Origin: Callorhinchus milii
Lineage: Eukaryota
Assembly: GCF_018977255.1 (NCBI RefSeq)
Contig: NW_024704742.1
Location: 65,598,001-65,662,000, forward strand
Direction of reading: 5' to 3'
Length of the DNA stretch: 64,000 nucleotides
Of this stretch, positions 1-12,733 are shown one piece after another. Position numbers and translations under genes: made by a program. Within the stretch, counting starts at the first letter, position 1. Every line of letters begins with the position of its first letter. A model generated the notes under the pieces. The model searched no databases. It worked only from the letters and a program-made list of their open reading frames with translations, and had not been told where the DNA came from.

Positions 1-313
1 GAGTAGCTGGATATGTGTAGGGCTTCCTGAGTGGTCAGTGGGTTGCTGGCTGGCTAGTTGATTGATATTCTGTTGCCATAGACTTCAGCTTGGAGCCAAG
101 GAAACCCCCAACCCATTCCTCCCTTCATCTCGGGACTTTCAGTAAAAGTAAAAAGTTAATCCTTAGATGAGGCAAGCACAACTTTTGCCCTTCCTCGCAG
201 ATCAAGTTTAGAAAATAAACATTAGGGAAAGAAAAACCTAAATCTGCTTCAAAACAAAAAAAACACGGTGAACGTTGGCTGTGAAAAAGGAACCACTTGC
301 GAGCAGGGTGGTC

Positions 314-327
314 CTGCCATCTAGTGG
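314..327 (-). promoter_or_regulatory. Candidate CTCF binding site
   Basis: Minus strand reads CCACTAGATGGCAG, a full match to core consensus CCASYAGRKGGCRS; motif evidence only. Confidence 0.5.
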
Positions 328-430
328 TCATTAATTAACCCCATCAATAGATATGGAACATGGCAAACTTTACTCCGCTTTCTTATTACAATCTTTATCA
401 CGAGGCCCCGAAGGATCAGATTAACGAGAC

Positions 431-519
431 CGTATTCAGCTGCTTCTATGATGAAAATGGAAGTAAATGAAGACGTATTCAGCTGCTTCTATGATGAAAA
501 TTGAAGTAAATGAAGACGT
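431..519. repeat. 43-bp tandem duplication
   Basis: CGTATTCAGCTGCTTCTATGATGAAAAT(G/T)GAAGTAAATGAAGA twice, one mismatch. Confidence 0.9.
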
Positions 520-927
520 GCCCTTTTATAATTGTTAAATGCATTATGCAGAAGTCAGCGTAATGGAAACCTACATCTATCAAAAGCTGACCCCTGAAAC
601 CAAGTGGGCCCCATGCTTGTCTTTTGTAAAGATCTAAACTTGACAACTGCTCTGGATACTAAATGTGTGATTAACATACATACATGGTGGGTGAGTGGGA
701 GGGTATTCCTGGTAATCTTAACAGAACTGGGTCAACTTGGAAAAGGACTCAATTGAAGAAGAATTAAAGAGAGTTTGGGCGGCCAGTCAGATTAAACGAT
801 GATTTTGCAGGCTGAAATTCCCATTTGTTTAATAAAGACGGATCATGCTGAAACGTCTTAAAGGGCTTCAGTACTTACATGTAATTAGTGTGAATCGGGT
901 GTCAACCTGCTCAGTTGGTAGCACTCA

Positions 928-1205
928 TAATAATAATAATAATCCTTGCATTTGATATAGCGCTTTTCACGTCGGGAGGACGTCCCAAAGCGCTTCACAG
1001 AATACACTGTAAAGTGAATTAACTGTATATTTGTGGGCGAACGCGGCAGCCAATTGCGCACAGCAATGTCCCACAAACAGTCGTAGATTGAAAATGACCA
1101 ATTTATTATTGTTTTTGGTTTTGGAGGGATTATTATTAGGCTCTGTGTGGAGTAAGGAAACTTGCCCAAGGTTTCGCCCTGACCTGCCTGGAATTGAACT
1201 CATGC
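928..1205 (-). mobile_element. tRNA-headed Deu-domain SINE (family A), young copy
   Basis: Near-identical in reverse to 59771-60087; (TAA)n tail at left. Confidence 0.85.
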
Positions 1206-1719
1206 ACTTTGAGACATGCTCCCAACATGAAAAACACTATATCAAATCCAAGGATTATTATTATTATAAAGTGTAGTGACTGGTGACAGAAATACTATAC
1301 CAGACAGTAATATCCAACAAATAGTAACAAGGTGAATGATCAATTTAATCTGGAGGATTGTTGGCCAAGACATCAGGTGTAACACCTTTTTGAATAGTGT
1401 CGGGATATTTATGGAAGCTGAGGCCGTAACAAGAATTAAAAGGGATTTAATTTTTTGGTGTCTGATGATAATAATAATCTCCTTGTATTCGTCTTATCAC
1501 ATTTTGAGGCATCTCAAAGCGCTTCACGGGATATACTGTAAAGTGGATTGACAATTTTCTGTGACCATTTTGAAACTTTTTGATACATTATGCCATCATA
1601 AAAATGCAAGCGCACGCTTGTAACTGCAGTTCATTGTGGTGTGCTTTACAAAATTGCTATAGGTTTTGCATTGATCAGTGTTATTTCGTATTAATCTTTT
1701 CGTTTATAATGCCATACAG

Positions 1720-1851
1720 GCAAGGGACGTCTGTCAGAGTGGCTAGGAATTCCTGCAAACCAAGCCAGTCAGTTCAGTGAAAACTTTCTACAGAAGTATA
1801 AGGGGCTCCGCACTTTCACACAGAAAACTATTCAGCAATGCCAGATGCAAG
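1720..1851 (+). CDS. POLN: DNA polymerase nu internal exon (fingers region)
   Basis: CAG|GC...CAAG|GTAC, 132 nt, phase 1/1. Translates (G)KGRLSEWLGIPANQASQFSENFLQKYKGLRTFTQKTIQQCQMQG, collinear with recalled human POLN [33 protein letters not shown]. Confidence 0.93.
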
Positions 1852-1897
1852 GTACTTTTCAATAATCAATTTAAACATCCTTCCAGATGTGTAAAGC

Positions 1898-2190
1898 TTT
1901 TTTTTGATCAGCCGGGTATCTGACACATACGGAAACCCATCACAATGCTTCAGAGTAATCAAACCAGACTGAAAATTCAACATGTGTATGCTATCTACAT
2001 ATGTAAATTTCTCTGTCTGCAACGGAAGACATACTCTCTCCCTGGAGGGACACATCCCGACTTATCTAATTCCAGACAGTATTCGGCTCCGGTTGGCAAA
2101 CACGTAGGCTTGGGAATTCCTGTCATAGGTGAGCAGTTTGCCTCTCCACGTGCTGCCAAAGAGCCAGGCTGGTTGGTTTGTCCTCAGCCT
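1898..2190 (-). mobile_element. 3' fragment of the atypical non-LTR element (see 49591-51748)
   Basis: Poly-T followed by GATCAGCCGG..GACAC..GGAAACCCATCAC, the reverse complement of the element's 3' end. Confidence 0.75.
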
Positions 2191-2774
2191 GTGGATTTGC
2201 TTGACTCAGACACCATAAAATAGTTGTTATAATTAGAGTAATACAACTGTATGTTTATATGTTAAGTGACGTACTTATGAACTATTGCTATTTTTTTCTG
2301 TAAAGCTTAGTGACTGTGATTCTTGGATTACTCTTTCTTTATATACTTTATACACAATCCCTTCATAGTCTAATTGAGTTTGCATATATCGCCTTCACCA
2401 AAACAGGTAATCTTTCCCTTCACGCTACAGAGGATGAATTCATCGTCAGATATGATTTCCAGAATACAATAAACTTTAAGGGGTTTAAGCAAATATCACT
2501 TAAACATCATTGCTAGCTTAGGCCCGAGGTCTCAACTTTATCAGGAAAGCAGGGGAGAGGGTGATTTTGTGCCGCTCTACCAGACAGTGGCCTAAAAATA
2601 AACTTAAACACTAAACAAATTAGTATACAGCTGCTGGATTTGCATTTGTTGCACTTGCATTTCTTTGCTTGAGATACAATGCTAAAATGAGCGGTAGGAA
2701 GAAACTGTTTTCCACAAGTCATAGGGATCTTCAGCCCCAACCAGTGCCATATTAGATATAAAAAGGGGGTGTGT

Positions 2775-3068
2775 TTCATTGTTGGAGGTGCCGTGCTTCG
2801 GATGATTAAACCGAGGTCCTGTCTGCCTGATCAGGTGGATGTTTAAGATCCCATGGCACTATTCGAAAAGAAAAGGGAGTCCTCGCCAACAATCCCCAAA
2901 ATAAAATTGGCCACTCACTCCATGGCTGTTTGTTGGAGATTGCTGTGCGCAACTGGCTGCTGCATTTCACCCATACACAAGTCAATGCACTTTACAGTAT
3001 CCTGTGAAGCATGTTGAGACATCTCATTTATGTGATAAGGTGCTACATCAAAGGCAAAGGTTATTATT
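2775..3068 (+). mobile_element. DeuSINE family B fragment (SacSINE1-like)
   Basis: GGAGGTGCCG..TTAAACCGAGG..AAGATCCCATGGCACTATT body, Deu domain and L2-like tail. Confidence 0.75.
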
Positions 3069-4872
3069 TTAAAAATCACAAATTCTATCCTTGTGATAAT
3101 TGTCTCTGGCGGAGACAATTGATCTATTGATCTATCTTCCATCTCACCTACCCAATCAATTGCCCAAAACACTTCAAAATATTCCTTTTATAGAGGTATT
3201 TTTCTATTATAGAGGTATCTACAATAGCAACATTTACTGAAAAAGTGTCAGTCTGGCTCAATTTTGTCAGAAGGTTGTGGGTTTAAGTCTCATGTTGGGA
3301 CAGGAACTCATACAGTCTAGGTTGACACTCCAATGCAGTGTTGGGGTACCTCCGACAATGTAGGGCACTCCAACACTACATTGGAGCGTCCTTCAGGTAA
3401 GATGTTAAACCAAAGTCCTGTCTACCTGATCAAGTGGTAAGTTAAAGATCCCATACTACAACAACATCAACATACATTTATATAATGCCCTTCACACAGG
3501 GTAGCATCTCAGTACATTGTAGTATGTAATGTATTATCACTTTAAATATGGTAATTTATAAAAGGTGTCTATTACATTTTTAACTAAAGAAAAATCTTGT
3601 GCCTTAATGTAATGTAAAATAACCCAGGAGCAATGTTTGACCTACGTTCATTTAGCAACCCCACAGTTGTTCATTGCCAGATTAAATTTGTTATTTCTAA
3701 ACATCCTTCTGATTTACTTATTCAATGAAAATTGTTAGAGCGACAAAATGTCCCTCATAATGCAATAAAATTGAGTAATTGCTCACTTTACTCACTTTTG
3801 AGTGAGATGTTATTTGGTTTTAGCTTTGCAATCAAATAACTATACTGTATATTAAAATAGTATTTCATCTTGAAGTTGGTTCACTTGTAATTAACCATTG
3901 CAGTTGAAATCTTCATCAAACCGTACAAATGGGTTACATTTGAAGCTGGGGCTAACAAGCTGACTTTTGGACCTATGCTATTTATGCTCTTTGTAGCATC
4001 GTGGTTGCCTCACAAGCGAGAGGACCTGGATTTGATTCCTAGGCGGAGTGAAACCTTAGGCAAATTTCCTCACACACTCCTCTGTTTACCTAGTAGATTT
4101 GGAGCACAGCACACGGTTAGCAAGGTTAGCAAGCAAGTCCATAATCTAATTACTGTGGAACATGGTCCATTACACTGCACAACCACTTTGTGTTAGATGT
4201 GTCAGCCTGACAGCTGGTAGCATTCCTAACTGAGGCTGACGTTTATGTGTTCATACCGAATGTGAGGACATGAGCTGGTAGTCTAGACTGGTATCCAGTG
4301 CAGTAGCTGGAGAAGCATTGCATTACCAGAGATGCCACTTTTCAGATGAGACATTAAACCAATACCCTGTTCTGGTTGACGTTAAAGAATCCACTATGTG
4401 TTGACCAACAATTATCAAGATAAAGTGGTCATTCACCTCGTGGCTGTTTGTGGTGTGCAACAGTGAAGTATTGTGATTTCATGATCCTAGCGCTCGTCTT
4501 CAAATGCCTTCATGCCCTGCACCTCCCTACCTCTCTGACCTGCTTACTCCCCAACCCACAACCCGCTGCCTCCGCTTGATTGGCTCCGGCCTTCTGCTCG
4601 TGCCCTCCGTTCCACCATCGGTGGCTGCACTTTCAGCCAATACACCCCGAAACTCTGAAACACTCTTCCTCTATCCCTCCGCCTTTCTCCTTCCTTCCCC
4701 ATCTTCAGGTCACACCTGAAGACCTTCCTCTTCGCCGTGCCTACGGTCACCTTCCCCCAGCGCAGCATCGTGCTCCCCCACTGTCAAGTGTTCTGGGACG
4801 CTACCCTGCATGAGGGGTGCTATATAAATGCAAGTTGTTATTGTTACGTTTGCCTACAAAACAGTTATTACA

Positions 4873-6135
4873 CAACAACAACAACAAGATTCCATTTATA
4901 GAGTGCCTTTCACGTCGGGAGGACGTCCCAAAGCGCTGGACAGTTGGGTCAGGAACCGAGCATTGGGGGGAAATGGTCAGGATGAGGGGAGGGAAGGGAG
5001 GGAGCGAGGAGGGGGGAAATGGTCAGGGTGAGGGGAGGGAAGGGAGGGGCGAGAGGGGGTAGAGAGTTGAGAGGGGAGCTGAAGGCACGGTCAAAAAGAA
5101 AGGTCTTGAGACCAGCCTTGAAGGAGGAAAGGGAGGAGGCGGCGAAGGCACTGGGGGATGGAGTTCCAGAGCCTCGGGGCTGAGAGGCTGAAGGCCCGGC
5201 CACCGATGGTAGGGCGGTTGGGGCGGGGGATGTGGAGCAGACCGGAGCCAGAGGAACGGAGGGTACGGGCAGGTAGGTAGGGGGATAGTAGGTCAGAGAG
5301 GTAGGAGGGAGCAAGGCCGTGAATGGCCTTGTAGGTGAGGATGAGGATCTTGAATTCGATCCTCTGGGGGATGGGGAGCCAGTGGAGGCGAGCGAGGGTG
5401 GGAGTGATGTGGTCCCGAAGCCTGGTGCGGGACAGTACACGAGCTGCAGAGTTCTGAATGACCTGCAGTGTGGAGGGAGGTGGCGGGAAGGCCGGCGAGG
5501 AGAGAGTTCCCATAGTCCAGCCTTGAGGTGATAAAGGCGTGGACCAGAGTTTCAGCAGCGTGAGGGGTGAGGTAGTGCCATAGTCTGGCGATATTCCGGA
5601 GGTGATGGAAGGCGGTGCCAGTTGTGGTGCGGATGTGAGGGAGAAAGGACAGCTCAGGGTCGAACAAAACGCCGAGGTTCCTGACTGGGTTTGAGAGGTG
5701 GAGAGTGCAGCCTTGGATGCTGATGCTGTCAGCGCCTGAGGTGCGGAGGCGCTGACGTGAGCCAATCAGGAGGGCCTCAGTTTTGCGCACGTTGAGCTGA
5801 AGAAAGTTGTCTCTCGTCCAGGACTCGATGTCGGACAGTCAGCTGTCAGGACATCGGTGGTCGTGGAGTTGAGGGTAGAAGAGGAAAGGTAGAGTTGGGT
5901 ATCATCCGCATACATGTGGAAGTTAACCCCATGTCTGCGGATGATGTACCAAGGGGGAGCATATAGAGGGTGAAGAGGAGGGGACCGAGGATAGAGCCCT
6001 GAGGGACACCACACGAGACAGGAAAAAACATTTGTGGAAACAAAATGAAGACGGTGGGAGAGGTACGACCTAAACCACTCAAGGACAGGGCCTTGAAGGT
6101 TGAGGTGGGAGGACAAGCGGTGGAGAAGGATAGCG
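4873..6135 (-). mobile_element. L2-clade LINE, 5'-truncated and frameshifted
   Basis: RT motifs [13 protein letters not shown] and [11 protein letters not shown]-terminal SRLDYGN and LHWLPIPQRIEFK; (TTG)n tail. Confidence 0.92.
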
Positions 6136-6399
6136 TGATTACAGTAATCACCTGTGAAGCGCTATGACATGTCTTGGCTTCACAAGGTGCTATAATAATG
6201 CAAGTTCATTCTTTCACAATGTTTGTTTTTAAATGAAGCCAAGTAGATATTCTTATATAAAATAAAAATAAATAATGCTTGGATTTGATATAGCGTGTAT
6301 GCTGGTGTAATATTCTGTGGTTTATCTGTAGCCTCAAAATGGCCTCATTATACTCTATAATAATAATTGTTGTATTTAATTTAACTCCTTATCTTGTCA

Positions 6400-6712
6400 T
6401 TATGACATCTCACAGAATATATTCTAATGTGGATTGACTGTGGATTTTTCTGGGTGAAACAATGCGCACAGCAAATCAGTTGTAGATTGAATGACCAAAT
6501 TATTATGATTTGAAAGGATTTGAAAAATATTTTGAAAGGATTATTACCCAGGAAAGGATTCAATCGTCTAACAACCAGGTTCCTACTTACAGCTGGGTAA
6601 ACAGAGTCGTGTGGAGTAAGGAAACTTGCCTAAGTTTTCGTTCCACTCAGGAATCAAACCCAGGTACTCTCACTTGCAACGTGAATGCGCTAACCACTAC
6701 ACTACAGGACTC
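6400..6712 (-). mobile_element. SINE family A copy
   Basis: Reverse complement of tRNA head GAGTCCTGTAG..GGTTAG and the family A body. Confidence 0.75.
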
Positions 6713-7639
6713 TTCCTTTCTTCTATTTTAGAATACAAAACACATGTCACTCCAGTGTACAAAATATCTTGTAAAAACAACAAAATTACATTTATAGAGC
6801 ATCTTTCACGTCGGGAGGACGTCCCAAAGCACTTTGAGACATCCTCCTGAAGTGAAAAGCGCTATAACTAATGTAAGGATTATTATTATTATTACTACTA
6901 TTATAATATTCCAAGTATCAGGCCATATTTGCCATATCAAGCATAGCTGTGTCCCACCTAATTCCCATAACAGCTAATTAACTGCTTTTAATCATTTAAA
7001 CTTAAGCCTACAGTTTGCTGACACTGAAGAACAGACCCAAGAGATCTTTGTGTGTGTGTGTGTCTGTGTGTCTCCTCACGCACAATTCTTGCAGCTTCAC
7101 TTTATTGATGACTCGGAATCTGCTTCTTTCTGAATCATCAAGAATTCCTATTGTGACCGAGATGGTAGATGAAAATAAAGAGTGAGCAGTGAGCATTTAC
7201 TAGTGATTTCCTGATCGAAGCTCAAGTAAAGCTTTGCTCCTCTGTATTACCAACAACAAGTCTTTTTGTTCTGCAGCACATGATTAAGTTCCCATGGTCT
7301 CTTTTCTCTTGTTTATTCGTACTCTACAATAGAGAAAAATGATGACATTAAATGGCTTTATTTTCCTATGATTTAATATAATAATATAATGATAATCCTT
7401 GCATTTGATAAAGCGCCTAATCACGTCAAAACCGTCACAAAGTGCTTCACAGGATTTTATGGTAAAGTCCAGTGTGTACTTTATAAGCAATCATGGCAAC
7501 CAATTTTGCACATAGCAAAGCCCCATAAACAGCCTTGACACAAACAATTTTATCAGTGAAGTATTGTGATAAAGTCATAAGCTTTAGGTCAAAGATATAA
7601 TGTAATAACTAATATAATATATAATCCCTCCAATATAAT

Positions 7640-7850
7640 AAATAATCCCTCCAAAACCAAAACCAATAATAAATTGGTCATTTTCAATCTACGACTGTTT
7701 GTGGGACATTGCTGTGCGCAATTGGCTACCACGTTCGCCCACAAATATACGGTCAATTCACTTTACAGTGTGTTCTGAGAAGCGCTTTGGGACGTCCTCC
7801 CGACGTGAAAAGCGCTGTATCAAATGCAAGGATTATTATTATTATTATTA
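7640..7850 (+). mobile_element. SINE family A 3' part, young copy
   Basis: Near-identical to 59880-60087. Confidence 0.85.
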
Positions 7851-7920
7851 TAACATTTACATTGATGTAAAGCCTTTTATGTCAGGGGGAAGTCTCAAAT
7901 TGCTTACACAGCCAGCTGGG

Positions 7921-8720
7921 CAACAACAGCAACAACAAATTACATTTGTTTAGCGCCTTTCACGTCAGGAAGACGTCCCAAGGCACTGGATAGACAGGGA
8001 TCAGCACCCGAGCTGGTGGTTGGGATCAGGTGGGGTGAAAAGGGAGGAGGGTAGGGTTAGAAAGGTGACCAAAGGCACGGTCGAAGAGGAGGCTCTTGAG
8101 ACAGGCCTTGAAGGAGTCAAGGGAGGGATTGAGGTGGAGGGATTGTGAGATGGAGTTCCAGAGGGTGGGGGCAGAGAGGCTGAAGGTCCACCCGCTGAGC
8201 AGAGGCAGCAGACAGTTCAGTAGGTGGTTAGGAGATCACAGAGTTAGGGAGGAGCAAGGCCATGGAGGGCTTTAATGGTGGGGACCAGGATCTTGAACTA
8301 TATCCTCTGTGTAATGGGAAGCCAGTGGACCCGGGTGAGGATGGGGGTGATGGGGTCATGGAGCCTGGTGTGGGAGAGGGCACAGGCTGCAGAGTTCTGG
8401 ATAATCTGACCCCTGTGGAGGGAGGAGTTGGGGAAGCCAACAACCAGTGAGTTTGTGTAGTTGAGCCTAGATGTGATGAACCGTGGATAAAGGTCTTGGT
8501 GGCTTCCCGTGAGACACAGTAGCAGAGCCAGGCAATGTTGAGATGGGGGAAGGCGGATCATGGCATGGATGTGGGGGATGAAGGATAGTTGAGGCAGGAT
8601 GCCGAGGTTCTGTATTGGTTCCATGAGGTGTAGAGTGCATTCATGAAAGGTGATGCTGTCAGTGCTTGAGGTATGGAGGCGCTGATGGGAGCCAAGGAAG
8701 GCCTCGGTCTTATTGACAGT
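7921..8720 (-). mobile_element. L2 LINE 3' fragment
   Basis: SRLNYTNSL and HWLPITQRI motifs, plus L2 tail. Confidence 0.85.
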
Positions 8721-10139
8721 CATCAACAAATTGATCTCCGTTTGTGAGTGTCTGTGTATCTCTCCTTCTGAGGCTGTGTGTGTGTGTTTCTCCCTGTCAG
8801 TCAGTGTATATCTCTATCTCTCTGGGTATCTATGTGTGGTGGTGGACCAGGCAGGAGGTTGTGACCTCCTGGAACCCCGCAGTCAGGACACTAGCAAGCA
8901 TGGTGAGCAATGCTGGTGTTCGGCAGATCTCCGTGCTTTTGAATGTTGTGCAGGGTGGAAACTGAACATTCAGTCCTTCGGGCCTGCGCTGCTGTTTTAT
9001 CCCCCACAAGTGGGCCATCCAGTTTTTGTTAAAGAAAGTATGAATTATTTTTTTTTGCAATAATCTATGATGTGTTATTTCTTCATGTTTAGTTTTTATG
9101 AATGAAGTGAAAAAACTGTAGGTTAGCAGTAAGATGTGCCTTTCATTAGCACCAAACAACCCCCCGCAATTTTCTGCAAACTTTGTCAAATTTCTCTGCA
9201 ATTTTTGGTAAAATTGTGCAGAGGAAACAGCTGTGGCCTGGTGACCCGGAAGGAAGTCAGCCATTTTTTAAGACGAGTCATCACCAGAAACTGGGTGCAC
9301 CTCTGGTATAGCGTGGGTTCACAGTACTCCTGCACTGTTCGTGGACTTCTACAGGATGAACCTGTACAAAGTCTGTTATCCACATGTTTTTTTTTCTACA
9401 GTGCACTGATGTACACCTGAAACAAGTGGAAGAATGGTGATAGTTGTGTTTAGAAGTATTTAATTGTATTCAGTACAAGTCTTTAACTGTATTTAGACGT
9501 GCAGAGGATTGGTGAGAGTGAGCGCCGTCATTTTCATGACAGATAATAATCCGTTGCCATGTTTCATGTGACATCTTCGGTAGCATGATGGAGTGAAATG
9601 CATTTCTGACATCTTGCTTCAGCTCCTCCGTAACTTATATCGCTGTTTTTTTTAACAGGGGATCAGAGGACTTTGTGGACAGTGTGTACTCAAACCCATT
9701 GTAAGGGGCACCTAGAAACTAGCTGCACTTGGATTTGGGAATGTCTCTTTTTCTGTTGGATACACATGTGTCACATTAACTGTAAGGAAGAGACAAGTTA
9801 GTTTAACATGGAGGGCAATCAACCGTTGGAACATGTTACTAGAAAGGATGGTAGAGACCAGGAAACTGGTTTCTATTTATCAAACAGATATTGGTGCTGT
9901 AATTGGAAGAAGGTTGGGTTGCTATTCTGGATGCTGGAAATCAAATAGGCCAAGGGCCTTTTCTCAATTGGACCTGAGAGTACAGAAAGACTTGGAGAAA
10001 TTGGTCTAAAAATGGGTTGTCATGTTGATTACCCTTCTTTATTTCTCTTTACATTTATTTATGTTTTTGTGGCAGAATTGTTTTTTTAAGAAATGTATGT
10101 GTCATGTTGCACTATCTCTAACATGTAAATACCTTTTGA

Positions 10140-10897
10140 TAATAATTAAGTGCCTTTGACACTGAGGTGTCACAAAATGCTTCACAGATAATTGCTATAA
10201 AATGTAGTGAATGTGGGCAAACACAGCAGCCAATTTTCATAACAGCCATGAATGACCAATTTATCTGGAGGATTTTTGGGCAGGACACCATCTCATCTGA
10301 AAAACAACATCTCCAACCCTGCTCTTGCCCTGGACTGGAGTGGTATCCGCAATGTGAGCTCATTTCAGGGCTTCAACTCACAACCCCTACTCACATACAT
10401 CATAAACCTCTCCCTGTCCACCGGCACCGTTCCCACCCCTCTAAAAATAACCATCACTGGCTTCCCATCACACAGAGGATACAGTTCAAGATCCTGGTCC
10501 TCACCTTCAAAGCCCTCCATGGCCTTGCTCCCCACTACCTCTGTGGCCTCCTAACACCCTACCAACCTGCCCGCTCCCTCCGCTCAGCGGGCTCCAGCCT
10601 GCTTCACGTCCCCCACCTCGCCCATCCCACCTTTGGTGGGCGGGTCTTCTGCCACTCTGCCCCCACCCTCTGAAACTCCATCCCGCAGTCCCTCCGCCTC
10701 GCCCCCTCCCTTGCCTCCTTCAAGACCCGTATCAAGACCCTCCTCTTCGACTGTGCCTTCGGTCACCCTCCTTCCCTCCATGCTCTCCACCCTCCCTGAT
10801 TCCGAGCCCCAACTCGGGTCCGAAACACTGATTGTCCAGCGCCTGATACATCCTCTGGACATGAAAGACTCTATACAAATGTAATTTTGTTGTTGTT
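10140..10897 (+). mobile_element. Antisense DeuSINE fused to internally deleted L2
   Basis: Antisense SINE joined at ~10386 to L2 LSLSTGTVPTPLK, then a jump to HWLPITQRIQFK and the L2 tail. Confidence 0.8.
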
Positions 10898-12225
10898 AAG
10901 AGGTGATGAGTGCTACCCCTGAGCCAGGCTGACACCTAACAATGCAATTTGTAACCATCACAGATCAATTTTAGATCCTTTTTTTCTTTGCTAGTTTGTG
11001 GAAAACTCCCATCTATTTAATTTGATTTCCTCTCCATTTTATTCGCCAGCCTCTAAGCCGTGACATCACTTTATATCCAAATTGCCAAAACAGCCCCTTC
11101 CACTTTGAGCCAATGTGAATGATTCTCATGCAAAAAGGAAATCGAAGGACTTTCCTTTAACTCCACAAACAGCTATTGTCCCCCATTTTTATACATAAGA
11201 CCAAGCTGGAAAGATGTCAGCGTTCTGTAAACCAGAATATTCTGGCAGGGAAAGCGTTGCACTTGTTTGTAAAACTGGACAAGTATGTCACTGTTTCAGT
11301 GCAATAATTATTCACAACACATTCTGGTTGAAAGCAAAGTTCGGCTGCTCAATCGCGCAACAAAGAGTACAGATCTGTGGGACCACTTGTGTTTGTAAGG
11401 AGGAAGCATTGTTAAATGTCCAGCTGAAGGAAATTATTCTTGTCAAAAAATAGATAAAGGCCAAGGGCCTTGCACTGAGGAGCTCAGTAAAAGTGGAACT
11501 ATTTGTGACTGGATTTCTGTCATCTGCAAAGCTTCTGCTTGCCAGGCCTCTCGAGGGAAACCGCATGAAAGGTTCATTTTGTTCCTGGGGTCCGAAATTC
11601 TCCATTGTATTAGCCTTAAGACCTTGATGTTTACGATGACACAGAATTTTGGGGAAAATAATCACTCGTGTCAAGTTTTTAAGCTGTTTTTTGTACAGGT
11701 CTTAAATGAAAGTCACTATATATGATGGCAATTACTTGTGCGGTGCTTTAATATGATAAGGCACTTTAAAACTGCAAAATTCTTTTCCTCTCAAATTGGT
11801 CAAAATTCTCTCAAATTGGTTCTGCAGATGGTTCATTCTCTGATGCTTTTCTCCATCAAATCTCCCCAGTGCTCAGTTGCTAGTTTTTTTTAAAGGGAAG
11901 ATAGTTCACATTATGAAACGCACAGTCACTACATTTTACAGTATATTCTGTGAAGCGCTTTGAAACGTCTCGGCCACATGATAAGGCGTTATATCAAATG
12001 CAAGGAATATTATTATTATAGGTGAGAACGAGCTGTAGGATTAGAGGTTTTCTATACCCTGTTTTTTCCCTGAGGCATTTTATTAAATGCTACCATTTAC
12101 TTTTGTTCTATTGAGTTTCAATGCAAACTGTCAAACAACTCTGAGGGATAATATATTTTATCATACGCTCCAGAGATGCTGATTGTAATAGATTTCCATC
12201 TTTCTCTGGCACTACATTTCATTAG

Positions 12226-12336
12226 GTTATGTCGTTTCAATAATGGGACGCAAGAGACCATTGCCTCACATCAATTCCCAAGATTGTAGTTTACGAGCAC
12301 AGGCGGAAAGACAGGCCGTCAACTTTGTAGTACAAG
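12226..12336 (+). CDS. POLN: DNA polymerase nu internal exon
   Basis: TAG|GT...CAAG|GTAAAA, 111 nt. Translates (G)[36 protein letters not shown], with the family A polymerase GR-R-LP and AERQAVN motifs. Confidence 0.96.
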
Positions 12337-12514
12337 GTAAAAAAACAATTACAGTGTTGTATCTATGTATAGTTCATCCTTAGGTTTCTGTTGTATCGAT
12401 TTCCTTCGGAATCAATAGATGGTTAAAATAAAGTATAATTTACTCAAAATGGAAATAAAAATGGAAACGAGGACAACAAAAAAGAAACAAACTTTAACTG
12501 GTGTTTTTAAAATT

Positions 12515-12733
12515 GGGGTCCCCAAGCCTTGGTTTTTGTCAACTTGGTACCTAGTTCTTTCCGGAATTAAGTAACCAGGATGTGTCCCTCCAGCGAGAGA
12601 GAGTGCATTCCATTCAAACAATCTATCTCTGGGATTTCCACGTGTAGGTGGAATGTATGGAATTCTCAGTTTGGTTTGGATACTCTTCAGCATGGTGATG
12701 GGTTTCCGCACGTGTCAAGGGAGCGGGTTAAAA
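12515..12733 (+). mobile_element. 3' fragment of the atypical non-LTR element
   Basis: Aligns with 51520-51745 (GGGGTCCCCAAG..CCAGGATGTGTCCCTCCAG..GGTTTGGATACTCTT). Confidence 0.8.

Noticed and set aside
431..519. Direct repeats as a possible CRISPR-like array
   Set aside because: Two adjacent units, no spacers, eukaryotic context
885..1276. Recurrent ORFs ending in KCKDYYY or containing WDIAVRNWLP
   Set aside because: Translations of SINE copies, not genes
9190..9228. Imperfect short hairpin and surrounding ORFs
   Set aside because: Short, AT-rich and bulged, with no protein or RNA family signature
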